DNA of 64,000 nucleotides from Plasmodiophora brassicae. Its lineage: Eukaryota. The stretch is from the NCBI GenBank assembly GCA_036867785.1, contig CP145428.1, positions 434,001 to 498,000 on the forward strand, given 5' to 3'. This document shows positions 1 through 13,337 of this stretch, piece after piece. The notes beneath the pieces were generated by a model. That model saw only the letters and a list, made by a program, of their open reading frames with translations. It was not told the DNA's origin and ran no database searches. Positions within the stretch are counted from its first letter, which is position 1; every line of letters starts with the position of its first letter. A program made the translations under genes and the position numbers.

Positions 1-214
1 GACGAACGGGCTGACGCCGTTGCAGAACGCGATCATGGACGTGTTCGTGCAGAGCGTTTCGGGCGATAATGGCCTGTCGATCCAAGAGGTCCAGCGGATG
101 TTGCCCGGATCCTACTCGTACCAGCAAGTGCAGAAAGATATCGCCTGGATGTCCAACGAAGGCCATCTGTATTCCACCTGCGACGACGACCATTATCGAC
201 CAACGGGTCAGTGA
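1..214 (+). CDS. RPA2: Replication protein A 32 kDa subunit, C-terminal winged-helix (3' end only)
   Basis: GLSIQEV...VQKDIAWMSNEGHLYSTCDDDHY matches the RPA32 C-terminal 'EGHIYSTIDDDHF' motif. Confidence 0.85.
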   Translation, partial: TNGLTPLQNAIMDVFVQSVSGDNGLSIQEVQRMLPGSYSYQQVQKDIAWMSNEGHLYSTCDDDHYRPTGQ

Positions 215-286
215 AGCGTCGCCCGCGTTCCGTAAACAGCGTTCTCGTCGGTCCACCTCAACCGCCCGCTGGCCTTGCACCTGCCG

Positions 287-1315
287 CTACATGGCTACGC
301 TGACGACAGGGACTGTAGCACGCGCGGCATCGGCCCGATCTCGTCGTTCATCTGATCGGCGAGCGCGATCGCTTCGCACATCTCCGCATACGTTATCGGA
401 CCCTGCGAGTCGTCCTGTCGCACCGCCTGCGCTAGTTCCACCAGGCACCCTGCACGCGATTGTTAGCGCGAACCCGTCGGCAGCGAGAAATGGACGCCAG
501 ACCTAGGCGGTCGTACGCCAGCAATCCCAGGAACGCGACATAACGTTGCCGGGCGGCGCTCGGAAGCCGAGCCAGGTCCTCCTGCACGACGCCAATCCAT
601 CGCAGGAACGTGAATCGGTTCGTGCGGCTCACAAAGCTGGCCTGACGGCATCGCGTGTAGTACTACCAGGAGCAACGTCAGCGGCAGACGCGCGTTGGAA
701 CGGCAGCGCATACGTTGTAATCGTCGAGGGACATGGAAAGCTCCCGTTGTCGGCTGCGACGGAGGCGGGACCTGGGCCCGATCCGGGTCGCGCTGAACGG
801 AGCGGGTGCAGCAACCTCGTAGAGGACCGACTCGGCCGGGGCGCTGCTACCCAGCTGGAAGTAATTCTCCAGGTTCACTGCCGCCTGTGACGAACCGTCG
901 ACCTCATCGACCAACGCGTCGTCGTCGTCGTCCTCCTCCTCGTCGTCGTTCTCGTCCACGCTCCGTTCCTCGTCCTGGGCACACAGTGAGAACTGAGACG
1001 ACGAGACGTGCGGGTGGAAACTTGTAGACCCGATCGATTTCGTCGCTGGTGCCCCGTTGTGAGTCGGCTTTCGCTCGCCACCACCGGTCGAACAGGCGGG
1101 CTTGCAACGGGAACAATTGCAGGAGCGTACCAATGCTAAGCGGGCGAGGCACGTGCCGAAGAACGTCCCGGAGCAAATCGCCTGTAACGGAGACGTCAGA
1201 CCCGAATGGGCTCGTGCGGCTGGTTGTTTCCGGTACCGATGTGGTCCTTGGCGACAATGGCAGCATAGGGAGACGGCGACCGGTGGTCGCCACAGCTGCG
1301 AAGGCGTTTAGGCAT
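287..1315 (-). CDS. Multi-exon SPT3/SUPT3H-like histone-fold protein (tentative)
   Basis: Manually spliced: acidic linker, then RLRRSRQRELSMSLDDY..SRTNRFTFLRW..FLGLLAYDRL..PITYAEMCEA, resembling the Spt3 C-terminal half; ends approximate. Confidence 0.45.
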
Positions 1316-1729
1316 TCATCGTTGTTCCCTCACGCGGGTGTGCGCGCACCTGTGCATGGACATCGAGACGAGCGATAGCAGGAATTCATTGCCGGTCTCC
1401 TCGCGTCGTCGTATGGCGTCCGGGATCCGCTCCTGCGAGTCGCCGGGCGCGACCAGCGCCTGCTAGTCGCGTCAGTCGTATTTGCACACGGGACGGTGCG
1501 GTGCGCACGCCTACCTGTTCTCGCGCCGCAACGCGACGACGCAACTGGTGTAACGTTGACGTCGGCAGCGTTTGCAGAACGTCTCGGCAGGTGCCGGCGC
1601 GCAGCATGGCCAGCAGGGAGTCAACGGACGGCGTGTAGGCGGACGCTTCGGTGGTGGCACGCTCTGGTTCCGAGTCCGGAGCCGCCACACCTGCAATGGA
1701 CATCAGCGGACGTCGCGACGAGGAGCACG

Positions 1730-2134
1730 CGCGTTCACGGACGATCACGATCCAGCAGGGCGGCGAACTGCGCCGAGTCTTTGAACGCATCGCAGTACAG
1801 GTCAACGTCGCGATGCGGCGCCGCCGGCCATGGCACCGTCCGCCGCGGAACGCCACGCAGCGGCGCGCCCCGGTCGACGATCTCGTCGTACAGCAGCCAG
1901 CGCTCCATGGTGTCGCTTGCGCAACGGAATATCCGTCCGTCAAACAGGCCCTGCGCCGGCTGCAGTCAGCAGCTGATGTCGAACAAGTCCGGGACGGCAG
2001 CGATGTCGAACCGTTCGCCGAACGTACAGCTGCCGACCGTCGGAGAAGTGCGGGACTGCACTCGCATGTACCCAGATGATTTTTTCGTCACGCGAGATAT
2101 TCGCCCTTCCGGGTACCCCCGGTGGGTCGAACAT
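1730..2134 (-). CDS. Small hypothetical protein, probably one intron
   Basis: Coding-like frames MFDPPGVPG...SDGRQL and PAQGLFDGRIFRCASDTMERWLLYDEIV...LLDRDRP* can be joined through a short GT-AG intron; no motif recognised. Confidence 0.3.
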
Positions 2135-2181
2135 CCTCAACGACGGTAATAGCCATGCTGAGGCGCATGTCGCCGACGACA

Positions 2182-3937
2182 ATGTCGGGTGCACATCACC
2201 GTCGTGCGTCGTCGCTGCAGCTGTTCCGGCAGAGCGCCAAGAGCGTCCGGACCAGGAGGAAAGTCGTCAACATCCTGCAACTGACGCCGTTGCGGATATC
2301 GTATCGCGAAGATGAACTCGTGCGGATCGCGTCGCCTATGACCTCGGTCCAGCTCGTCGATGGCGTACAAGTATACAATGCCGGCGATGTATGTGCTTGT
2401 GGGCGACCGAGCTTTGTGCACGTCTGATGCCGCTTTCGTGTTACAGCCTGCCGACTTCTGGGGAATCATTTGTAAGGGGGCAATGACCAAACTGTCAGTG
2501 GACAAGGACGGGAACACCGCCATCGTCGCCGAGCTCGGCCCGGGCGACATGTTCGGTTCCGAGATGCTCCTGGGGCCCGACGCGGTGCGCGCGTTCACGG
2601 TCGAGGCGAAGACTCCGGTTCGGTACCTGGAATTAACGCGCGAGAAGCTTCGCGAAATGCAGGAAGACAACTCGCTGGCGGTCAACCTGGACGCGCTTCT
2701 CGAAACTATGAAGCTCGGGACTTCCATTGACGTCCTGAAAGAAATGGAGATGTTTCGCGGCGTCAGCAGGCGCAACATGGAGACCTTCATGAACATGCTC
2801 CACTTTCGTGGCCTCTCCGAAGGTGAGTACATCATCAAGGAAGGCGGCTTCGGCAACTCGCTGTACATTGTGCAACGCGGCGAACTGGAGGCACGATCAG
2901 GTGCCTAGCGTTGCGATTGGAGATTTGTGTCCCGTCGGTGACATCTTCCGGTGCAGGCAACATGGTCCTGAACTCATTCAGGAAAGGGCAATGTAACGAA
3001 ATCGGGAACCCGAGTGCAGTCGTATTGGCGAATGACGCGTGAGGTAGGTTTCGGCGAGGTGGCGATGATGATGCAGATCCCGCGCACGTCGGATGTCATC
3101 TCGACGAAGCCCTGCATTCTTTTCGGTTCGTGGGACGCAGCGTTCTCTGACCGGAAACGCGCCTGATTACGTCTCTGCCCCCAGAGCTGCTATCGCCCGA
3201 GTTCGACAAGTTCATGAGGGTCGACCGGCGCGTGTACGACTTTATTGCGACGAACACGAAGGAGCGAATCGCCCAGCAGTTCCGCAAGTACACGACCGCC
3301 TTCTTTGACGCTCTATCCGAGGACACGCTCGCCTACATAGCCCGGGTGTGCACCCTGGAAGTCTTCCAGGCCGACGATGTCATCTTTAAAACTGGGGACC
3401 CCAGCGACCGCTTCTTTATGATCGCCGATGGGTAACGCCCGTTCATCCTCGCTTCTTCGTCGATGGAGCTGAGGCGTTGAACCTGCGTAGTGAGGTGTCC
3501 ATCAAGACGGACGCGAAGGTGACCACCCTGGGCAAGGGCCGGTATTTCGGGGAAGTCGGTTTGATCGCGAGAAGCGACGCCCGCCGAACCGGTACGGCAA
3601 CGGCCACGACCCGGTCGCTGTTCGTGACCATCGATGCCGTCAACTTCGACAAGATCTTCGTCGGATCGAACTGCCTCGGTACCGGCACACGCCTGTTCGA
3701 TCCATAACCTGTCTGACTTGGCCGTGTGCAGCACCGAACGCGCTGTTCGACCTGAAGATGGCATTGCCAAGGATCGCTGTGCCAGTGAGGCCTGCAACGC
3801 CCCAGCGAAGCAAATCGCTGTCGCCACGTGACTCCAAGCCGGTGATCCGGAGGACGGAAACGCTATCGCCCAGAGCGAATAAGGCGACTACGTCCCCCAA
3901 CGCCCTGAAACCGATCAAGTGGCCCTCCATCGAATAG
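2182..3937 (+). CDS. Multi-exon protein with three cyclic-nucleotide-binding (cNMP) domains
   Basis: LGPGDMFGSEMLL..RAFTV; YIIKEGGFGNSLYIVQRGEL..FGEVAMM..PRTSDV; VIFKTGDPSDRFFMI..LGKGRYFGEVGLI..RRTGTA; 3' end uncertain. Confidence 0.85.
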
Positions 3938-4267
3938 CCCTGCTAACATATACTATTCGAACACGTTAAGTTGACGCTGCTGTTGAACGGGAAGACCGAA
4001 AGGCGAGGCAATGAAGTTCCCAGTCAACGCCAACAGTCCATCCACACCACTAAACCTCTTGGCGTGGTTGGGCCTGCAACCTGCAGGGGGTTGCGCCCAC
4101 TGGGGTTGGCACTGGGAGGAGGTTGGGCTACGTTGGTTACGGTTTTGGCGCCAACCTCGGACGCCGCAGCCCCTCCCCCCGCCCCCCGCCGCGCGCGCTT
4201 GCGTTCGGAAGGCAACAATCTCAAATCTGTCGTCTTGCGATTGCATCGATCTGCTATACCTTCATCA

Positions 4268-4980
4268 TGCTGAGGGGGTGTTGCAGAATCGAGGCTTTTA
4301 CAGACGTCAGGCTTGAGGACCGTCACTCGGCGGGCACCATGAGTGTCAGCTGTTGGCGGTGCGGTGCGCTCCGATGGGCTTGCGAACGGGAATCCATCTG
4401 CTGCCATAAGGGCAAAGTGGATACGAACGCCGTTCCGCACCCTGAGGTCCACCCGCGTTTTAAAGGTCTTTTTAGCGGTCGCAACCAGCAGTCACTTAGA
4501 TTTCTAGAAGCAATTAGAGCTTATAATGCGGCGTCCGCGTTTACAAGCCTGGGCACGCCGGGCCTAGACACAAACCTGGCCAGCATGCGCGAGGGCGTGT
4601 ACACGTTCCGCGTGAACGGCCTGCTGTACCACCGGATCGGTACCGTGCAAGCGTTCGACGGCCAGCAGCCCAGATGGCGGCGCGGCGATCGGTCTGCGCG
4701 TCGGGATCCATAAAGTAGATCTGAGCGAACCTGGGCTTCTGGCCGTCGAACGCTTGCACGGGACCGATCCGGTGGTACAGCAGGCCGTTCACGCGGAACG
4801 TGTACACGCCATCGCGCATGCTGGCCAGGTTTGTGTCTAGGCCCGGCGTGCCCAGGCTTGTAAACGCGAACGCCGCATTATAAGCTCTAATTGCTTCTAG
4901 AAATCTAAGTGACTGCTGGTTGCGACCGCTAAAAAGACCTTTAAAACGCGGGTGGACCTCAGGGTGCGGAACGGCGTTCG
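4268..4980. mobile_element. Helitron Rep/helicase N-terminal fragment arranged as an inverted duplication
   Basis: CWRCGA..E..CCHKG zinc motif, FLEAIRAYNAAFAFTSLG, YTFRVNGLLYHRIG, PRFAQIYFMDP are typical of Helitron RepHel N-termini; present on both strands. Confidence 0.85.
4424..4980. repeat. Long inverted repeat: arms 4424-4673 and 4731-4980, 57-bp spacer
   Basis: Reverse-complement match over 250 bp with only a handful of substitutions. Confidence 0.97.
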
Positions 4981-5260
4981 AACCGATCTCGTAATACGGT
5001 ACGTAATACAATGAGGCCTAGGCCAGTCTTCAACATGTTCTATTTTCTATTATTTTTGTATGAATACTGCCCGAAAAAATAACGTTCAGTGGAAGTGTCG
5101 GGAAACTTGCTCCATTTCGGGGGAGCGGAGCCAGCCACGGGCACGACACGACACCCAGCGGGTCCTGCCTGCGGCCTTATTTTGGGATTCGACGGCCGGA
5201 GCCGCTCCAGTCAGGAGGGGGGGCTGATCCGGGCGCGGTGTGACAAATCAGTGTCATGGC

Positions 5261-8200
5261 ATGGATTGGGTGACGCTGCTCGCATGGGTCGTCCTGGTCG
5301 GCGTGGCGTTCGGGCGCCTGGGCGTCGCCGCCGTCGTCGTCAACGGCGTCCTGCGGCGCCTGCTGCCGTCATGGGCGAGCGCACGCATCCGGGGCGTGTC
5401 GTTGCTGAGCGTTGACGGCGTTGCTGTCCGGACGGGTGCCAGTTCCCCGATGTTCTATTGCGAATCGATACGATTGTGCCGGGGTCGCACGGCCCCGGTT
5501 CGCATACTGTGCCGACGCGTCATCGTCCGCGAGTGGCGTGTTGATACAGCGAGTAGCAGAGTCGGAACGCCCGTGACAACCGGTCTCGTTCCACAGTCTG
5601 TTAAACCTTTAATGGTGCGCTCATCGTCTGTCACCTGTCATTCACTGCTTACTGACGTCTCGCGCAGCCCCACATCGAGAGATGTGTGCGGAAGCTCGCT
5701 TCGTATTTCGAGGTCCATGTCGAAGACGTTGCCATCGGGGTCTGTCGCTGCCCAATATCGTTCTTGTTGCTGGTCTAATATGCTTTGACAGGGGTCGTTT
5801 GCTCCAGGTGATGGCACGACTGTGGCATCCTTCAGACTCGAAGCATCCGCTGTGCAGCTGAAGATTTCCGGTGCAACCGTCACGTCGATCGCTGTCCAGT
5901 TAAGCGTGGACTCGTTTCCGATCACTCCATGCGTGGCTGTGGAGAAGATTGAATGCCAGGCGGACTACACGTTTCTCGTAGGCGGTAGATGCTTTGCGCG
6001 CTTTCTCATTCTGACGTTCGTCTCAGGACACTTCGCCGGCGTCTGCCCGCGCGGACCTGTTTGGTATCAGTGTTACGTGCAATCCAATGAGCCTGTCGAT
6101 GTCGAGCCTTGACTTGTCCTACACCCCAACTAACCTTTCCGTTGCTGGCCAAGTGATATCTGTCGGGCTCAAGGACGAAGTTATCGTCTCCGTCGGCATG
6201 GTCTCGTCTGATGCGACCCTGACCAATCCCGAAGTCTCCGTTTGTGGACTTCATGTTCACTGCACTTCGGAATTGTCGGACGTTGTCCTGGGCGCTTGGG
6301 AGTCCCTTCAAAACTGCAGCATATCTTTAGGTGCAAACCCTCCCAAGATCCAATCTGTCTTCGTTGCGGATTCGCGTGTTTCAGTGCTCTCGCGCGACTT
6401 CATTGTTTTTAGTGCCGCTGAGTGCGCGCTTTCAGGGTCACATCAAATCGTCATGCGGCGTGTTGAGTCTATCCTGGTACGTTTATCGCGTGGCATCAAC
6501 GTTGTGGTTTACCTCTGGCGTCCTGATGATGCACGTGTAGGGTGAATCCCGCTTGATTTCATGTGATTTTGTTTCTCTGTCCTGGGCGACTCCATCCAAG
6601 GTTCTTGTCGGCTGCGATAGGGTGGTGCTGTCTGCTCACCTGCCAGTTGCTCCTTTCATCAACAAAATAGTCCTTCTGGCCCTGGACATTGCATGCAGAC
6701 TTCATTCCAGATCGTCGTCGTCGAGATCGTCATCGTCAGCACCATCGTTATTGCAGGCAGATCGGACTGTGGTCGTCGATTTACGATCGACTGAGGTCGC
6801 ATTTTCGTCAGTCCTTGTTGCCACCATGTCCCTGGCTTCCATTACTGTCTGCGGGAAGCGTTGGTCGCTGTTACTCTCTCAAGCTCAATGCCGGCACGCA
6901 TCCAAGACGTTTCTCACTGCCAATGAAATCCGATTCCTTGGCAACCCTGCTGGATATGCATCTTCGAATTGTGTCCACGAAAGCTTAAGCGTCATTGCAA
7001 GTCATGTTCGGGGTACTTGGACGCCGGCGCTCCAGCTCGATATGATGGACTTCATTAAGCGCATTGTTGCGATCGTCATAATTGCGAAATTCTCTTTATT
7101 CCAAAGATGCTTTGGTCACTTGAAATTGCCCTCACGTCCTGCTTCGGTAACCACATCGATACGTTCAAAATGCTACTATCGCTTATTCCTTGTCACAGCT
7201 GCCAGCCGGACTAGCGGAATCGGATGTCAAGATCCCGAACGAATTCTTCAGATGGGCTTACGAAACTCGGGCACCTTATCTACAAGAGCGTTTCAAATTC
7301 GTGTCCCTTTCGATAACGGACGTTGTCGTCCATGTTGCCTTGCACTCGTCACATGACATTGCAATTCGTGCGCAGCAATTCGGTTCGGCGTTCGCTCCAT
7401 ATCACTGGATGGTCAGACTTTCCATGCTTCACTAACCGGCACGCTGATTTCGTGTACAGTTACATGATGTTGGTGTTTGGTGGAATGGATATCCCTGTGT
7501 TCGATTGGATCGAGTGACTGTTGCTCGTATGTTGGGCGATTCTACGCGATCAGAGCCTGTACAAGACGTTGTCGCAGCTTCTCGTGAGTTTCGTGAGGAG
7601 TCTGTGTCAATGCTCGAGTACCTCCCGCTGCGCATTGATGCCGATGGTTTGCTGGTGAAGGTTGGCCGATGTTTTCCGACCCCATGGGCGCAGGCTAATC
7701 CCAGTCACTTCAGGTCCCTCACGATACACTCCTCGTTCCCGAATTGAGGCTATTGACGGTGCAGCTGGACGGTCTCGTTACCGCGATGGAGCAGCTCCCT
7801 ACTTTGCATCAGCTCAGTCTGGGCGAAGATTTGCTCGGTCCGGGATACTCGGCCCCACCAGCGGCGTCGCCGTCGAAGATCTCCGTTCATTTGCAGCGCG
7901 GGATCAGCATATCCCTTATGGACTCGCACTGGGATGCATGGATCAGTCAGGTTTGCATAGATCTCTTATATGACAGTATCGGAATCATCTGACAATCTCA
8001 ACATCAGATTCATCACGTTGGGCTGGACGAACGTGTGGCCGCTGAATCGAGGTCTTTCTCTTCGTGTAATTTGTCTACTTCATAACTGAATTTCTGGTTG
8101 TAGGAGAGAGCTTCTCCGCCTAAAGATACGCGAGCATCAGCGACGTAGTGGCCATATACTCACTGATGCTCGCATCGCTACCATGTCTTCACGCCTCGCT

Positions 8201-11200
8201 GAAACCAATTTCGCAATGTATAAGGGTCGGATAGATCAGCTGAAAGAACAGCATCACAATCGGTGGAGGTTTCCAAGTCGCGAAAACGGGTCGTTTGAAG
8301 AAGAATATCCTGGCGCGGGCGATTTTCGCTGCGGATCACTCGTATCTGTTAATGTCGATTCAGCAGGTATGCACCATCTCTTTGTCGATTGCCTCTGCCG
8401 CTAACGTGCTTGCCGTGTCAGTTATCTCCGTTTCGATCATCGACCAAGCCTCGCATTTTATGTTACCGCTCTTGCTACCGTTATCCAGAGTCAATGCTGC
8501 ATTTTCTCTGGACGTTAGCGCGTCTTGTTTGGTTGTTCAACTGAGGCAGTTCTCGCCTGAGCTTATCAATTTGTCCTCTTTCACTTGCCGCCTATGGATG
8601 CGTATCGTAACTCCCGCATCCTTGCCGCCCCAATTGGCGACCAACGTTGAATTGCATGGAAGCTCGACGCATTTGTACAAAGTTGCTCTAAAGGAGTCCC
8701 TTATTCCTCCCCTGGTTGAACTCTTCGTGCAGTCCGCCACTGCCGTTCAACCGCATGTTAGTTTTTCTACAGACATAACGAGCACGTTACAATTGGTAGC
8801 GTCATCATTGGAACGATTCTTACCGGTTTTCCTTGATCCTGCGTTGAAGGACGTGAACGTACTTGACCTGTCTCGATACTTATGTATCATCCGCGAAGTT
8901 CGCGACATTCGCGTCACCGATTGGAAAGCTCAAATTTCCAAGCAGACCTTGTATGCTTTGGCCAGTGATGCTGGCGAAGGACCATCATTATCCGTGTCGG
9001 GCTCACTTCTTGCAGTCGAATTGGAAGTCGGCGAGCTGAGGCTCACCATCTCATCGGTCACCTCAACGTTGTCTGACTCCAGTGTGTGCTACGATACGGT
9101 CGACGCCTCAGATTCTGTCGTTAGCGGCCCAGACGATCGACTTCTCCGCATGTCACCTAGACCAGGAACCAAATGTGTACGTAAATGCATGGCAACCCTA
9201 GCGCTAAACTGATATATGTCGGCAGAATGAGATCGTGTACGACTCCACAACGCTGGGCCGCCTTCAAGACATTCTTATAACCGTGTCCTTCGAGATCAGG
9301 AATGGGTCCGGCGAGTTGTGCACATCGCCATGGCAGTATCGCCTAGAACCTAGCAACGCGTCCTGGGCTGCCTTTTCGGCATCGTCGATCGGTGCCAAGG
9401 TTCGCGTGTCTAACGGTGACAATCCAAGAGAGACCGCACTGGCAATCAACAAGCATATGCTTCCATCGCTATCAAGGCTTGCGTCGTTTGGGCCTCCTGT
9501 GAGATACGGTAAACCAGTCCTGTTCATTGATATATCGTTAGGGTTAATCGTTTTACTCTGTAGAGGGTCTCCTAGCGTCCCTACAATTACGCGTTCGTCT
9601 CCACAATTTAACTTTGTCGTTGCTTGACGTCCAAACGGATTCCGCGCCTGGGCGAGGGTTACGCCTTGTTGTTGGGTCAGTTAACCTATCCGGTCATTTG
9701 CACCGTCATCCGTTCGACAGGGTGCAGTGGATCTTGCGACGCGCTTATGCATGCATCGACCAGCTGTCGCTGTCGCTTATCGCGAACCGCTCCTACTGGG
9801 CCGACTCTCTGGTGGAGCAAGATCTATATGGTGACATCCAAGAGGGCCGGGTCGTTGTGGTTCATACGTATGAGAACCAGCGATTCTGGCTCGGTCGGGG
9901 CTGGTTGTCTCAAATGCTACCAACTGATCGACCGACCTGGAGCGATGCGGACGGTAACGAGGAGCTTCCTCGCGACCACCCTGCGTTTGATCTGCCCAGC
10001 GACCGCCACTGGGTGTGGGAAGGGCCCTGGAAAATTGACAAGTACGTTATCTGTTGATTGGATTTGACGTTTTGAGCTCATATTGTTAATCGATGCAGAG
10101 GTCAGCTGCGCCCACCCGACCTCGGACCATGCGTTGATGCGAACGGATGGGAATATGCCCATGACTTCCCGCGCCAGTACACTCATAAGCGACGATGGAC
10201 GGATAATGTCCGTCGCCGTCGGTGGTACCGTGTTCGGCGACTGATCTCAAACGACGCACATGCAACCGAGTCTCAGAGTCGTCAGTCGGAAAGCCGACGG
10301 CGAGGCGGTCTTCTCGCGCAGATTGAAATGGTCTCCGTCCGGCAGAAGGCAGTAGATGACCAGGCTGTACCAGACCCTGCAGTGGAGGAAGATCGTGCCA
10401 TTGTGTCGAACGGATCTGCGAACGAAGACTGCCAGAAGCCACGCGTCAACTCACTGTTGTCGTTCTTCGCGATTAGTCCTACGGGAGGTTCTAAAGAGCA
10501 TCAAACTGACGAGCCTGAACCGGACCATGTGGGAAGTTTGGAGGTCGAAGGCGAATCCGTGGACGATGCGTCTGACCGTTCGCATCTATACCACATCGTC
10601 GTGAAGAACCCGCGAGCGCGCATGACCCTCGAAACCAGAGATGCTTTGGGTATTTCCATCTTCACCTGGTTCGGGATTCATTTCCTCTAATTCTACCTGG
10701 TTGTTTAGTCGTGTTGTACCGGTCTTTCCTTCACACGCTTCTCACCGAGTGCAATTGGGACCCTGCACCGCCCACCACCGAGCAACCCGACGGCGCTATT
10801 TCAGATCATTCCAATGACGAATCGGACATGGAGCTTCCTTCATACACTCACCACGATGCATCGTCGTCGTCGTCCTCTGACGACGACAACGATAACTCTG
10901 CGCCTGTCCATGTTGAAGATGATGTTGAAGATGACGTTCTCTCTGGGTAATCGTTTTCGACAACGCCGACGTTTTTACTCTTTGATAACCTTGTCATTGT
11001 ACAGGATTGCTTCACATGATACTTTCCTGGACGGCAGCAATGCAGATGAAAGTGTTAACGCGGTCTCGCTTCTTGACCTTGTATCGGTCGACCTTGTCAG
11101 GCTACAGCTTGCTCTTGAATCGACTGAGAAGACGTCAAACCCGGGCGTTCTCTTTTTCTGCGCATCGCAGTGCCTTGTGAACATGAGGACGTTGGCGCCA

Positions 11201-13287
11201 AGCGATGATATCGCTTCTCCCGAATCGTCACTTCACATTGACCTGCGCATCCTTATCGAGAAGATGACGTTCCGACTTGCACCAACTGACATTGACGTGG
11301 ACGCTGGCATTACCTGGTGCCTCTTTGATTCGCTCCAAGATAATTTACTCAAGCCGATCCTGGAACCCGTCCCGGTTCAAGCAAGCGCCGCACTAGCATT
11401 GCCGCTTCGTTCGTCACAACGAACCCGCGTTTGCATGCTGTAAGACCCGGTGCGCTGCATTGATCTGGACCCCATCTGACATTTTCGTTTTCGAAGGCTC
11501 CCTTCGTTGAAGTTCTCATTGGATGCGCCCCAGCTGACCCTTGTGTCGTCCATTGTGGCGGATACTCTACTCACACCATTGCCGGCGTCGTCGGCGTCTA
11601 CCGCCCTTCAAGAATCTTATGCCGTCGTTGCGGCCGCCCGGGCCGATCGTCGAAGACTGCGTTGGCAGATTCGGCAGCTGGAGTGGCTGATGGGGGTTTT
11701 CCACGAAACCGATGGAGATGACAACAACGGCAACGGTGCCATTGACGAACTCGCGCTTCTCGAAGCACATTCCAGGACGTTGCACGAGCAGTTCGAGGCC
11801 GTTGACGATGTCGTCGTCCGCGCCCAATATGACATGTTTCGGCGGATTCGCGCTGAGTGGACGACGAGTTGTGGCGCCAACGTGGACCTTCAAATTCGTA
11901 TCGAAACCATTGCGATCAGTCTAATGTCTCCTGCAATGACGCCGTTCGTCACCGCGAGCGTCCCTGGTATCTTCGCCCTGATTGCTGCCCAGGTCAGTGC
12001 TTACGTTTTCGTTTGGTGTTGGACCACGTGCTTACTGCCCGCTCAGCTTCACGGTGAAGGGAGCGCATCGGTGTCGATGGAGATCAACGACATCACGGTC
12101 TACGACGACGATCTGAACGAGTTCGTCGTGTCGTCCGCGATAACGAAATCGCTCCAACAGCAACAGCTGCCTCTGGCGCTGGACTCTGGCTCCCATATAT
12201 CAGACAACGCCGTGCACGACTCCCATCGACGGGTCGTGTTCACGCTGCAAGCGCATCTTAAGCGCGTCGGCGGCATTGTGGTCATCAGTTCTGCCGTGGG
12301 AAACCTGGCCCACCTAACTGTCAGCTTGACGCAATCGCTCATCGAGGCGCTGATTTCGTTCTTCTCTGCAACGCCAATGTCCCTTGCTGAGCGGCGTATT
12401 CTGCAAGGCCAGGATCGTTTCGTCCCGTCTGCGCAGGGCGTCCTGGGCCTGGCCGAAGTGGCGCACATTCACACTCCTTCGTCTGCGTCGACGTCCATGT
12501 CGTCGCCTGCCCATTCGACGCAGTTGCAATCGCCGCGCGACCGTGATCAGGCACTTATGGACGAGCGAAGCGCAACGTCGATCATCATTACGTACCTGAG
12601 AATCGGTACGTTTGCAGAAATGAACGCCCGGCACCTCGTGACCTCTGTTAGGGACGATTCGTCTGACTGTGAACTACCGCGGCAATGGATCCATGGCCGA
12701 CTTTCAAGGGCTCTGCGTCCGCCTGCCTCCACTCGTCTATCAGCGAAAAACCTGGACCGTTGACAAGTTCCTCGCCCGGTTCAAGAGAGATCTGATCAGA
12801 GCCCTGCTGAGCCAGGTAACGGCACCTCCCCGGCGGCGTACTGCCGTCGCGTCCTGAGTCTGCTGATGTCCAGGTCGGTCCCAGCCTTGCCGGCATCGTA
12901 CGGTACAAGTTTGGCGGCAACGCCGCCGAGGACGACAAGAAACGGCAGAAGCCGCGCAAGCAGCAACGTGACTCTGGGCCCAGCCCCGTGCTCGCGTTCG
13001 AGATGACGCCAACGGCGTCTACCGATTCGTCGACGATGCTGGGGTTCCTGACGAGTCGTCCCCAAGGGAGTATCCGGTCAGGCGGTCATCAACATCTAGT
13101 TGGGTCGCAGGAAGTCGTCCAAGGCCTGGCCGATCGGCACAGTCGGCACGAGGGCGAACGCCAGGTGTCGTTCGCCACCGATGCTGGTGATGACGACGGC
13201 GGCGGCGGCGGCGTCGAACGCCCAGCGCAGCAACACGAGCGCCGACGGATGCTGTTCGGTCGGCATCACAGCGACAAACAACAATGA
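5261..13287 (+). CDS. Bridge-like lipid transfer protein, BLTP2/FMP27/Hobbit/SABRE-like, many introns, with internal dysferlin (DysF) domain
   Basis: N-terminal TM anchor MDWVTLLAWVVLVGV; long beta-strand-rich exons; Apt1-like C-terminus (MDERSATSIIITYLRIG..LPPLVYQRKTWTVDKFLARFKRDLIRALLSQ); DysF motifs at ~9860-10230. Confidence 0.75.
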
Positions 13288-13337
13288 CGAAACGGTAAAC
13301 CTATCAGGTCGACACTCTATCGAGTGTTTATGGTGCT

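Noticed and set aside
5261-13287. Stop-codon readthrough or alternative genetic code explaining fragmented ORFs
   Set aside because: Breaks I checked coincide with short GT-AG introns, and intronless genes in the window use standard stops.
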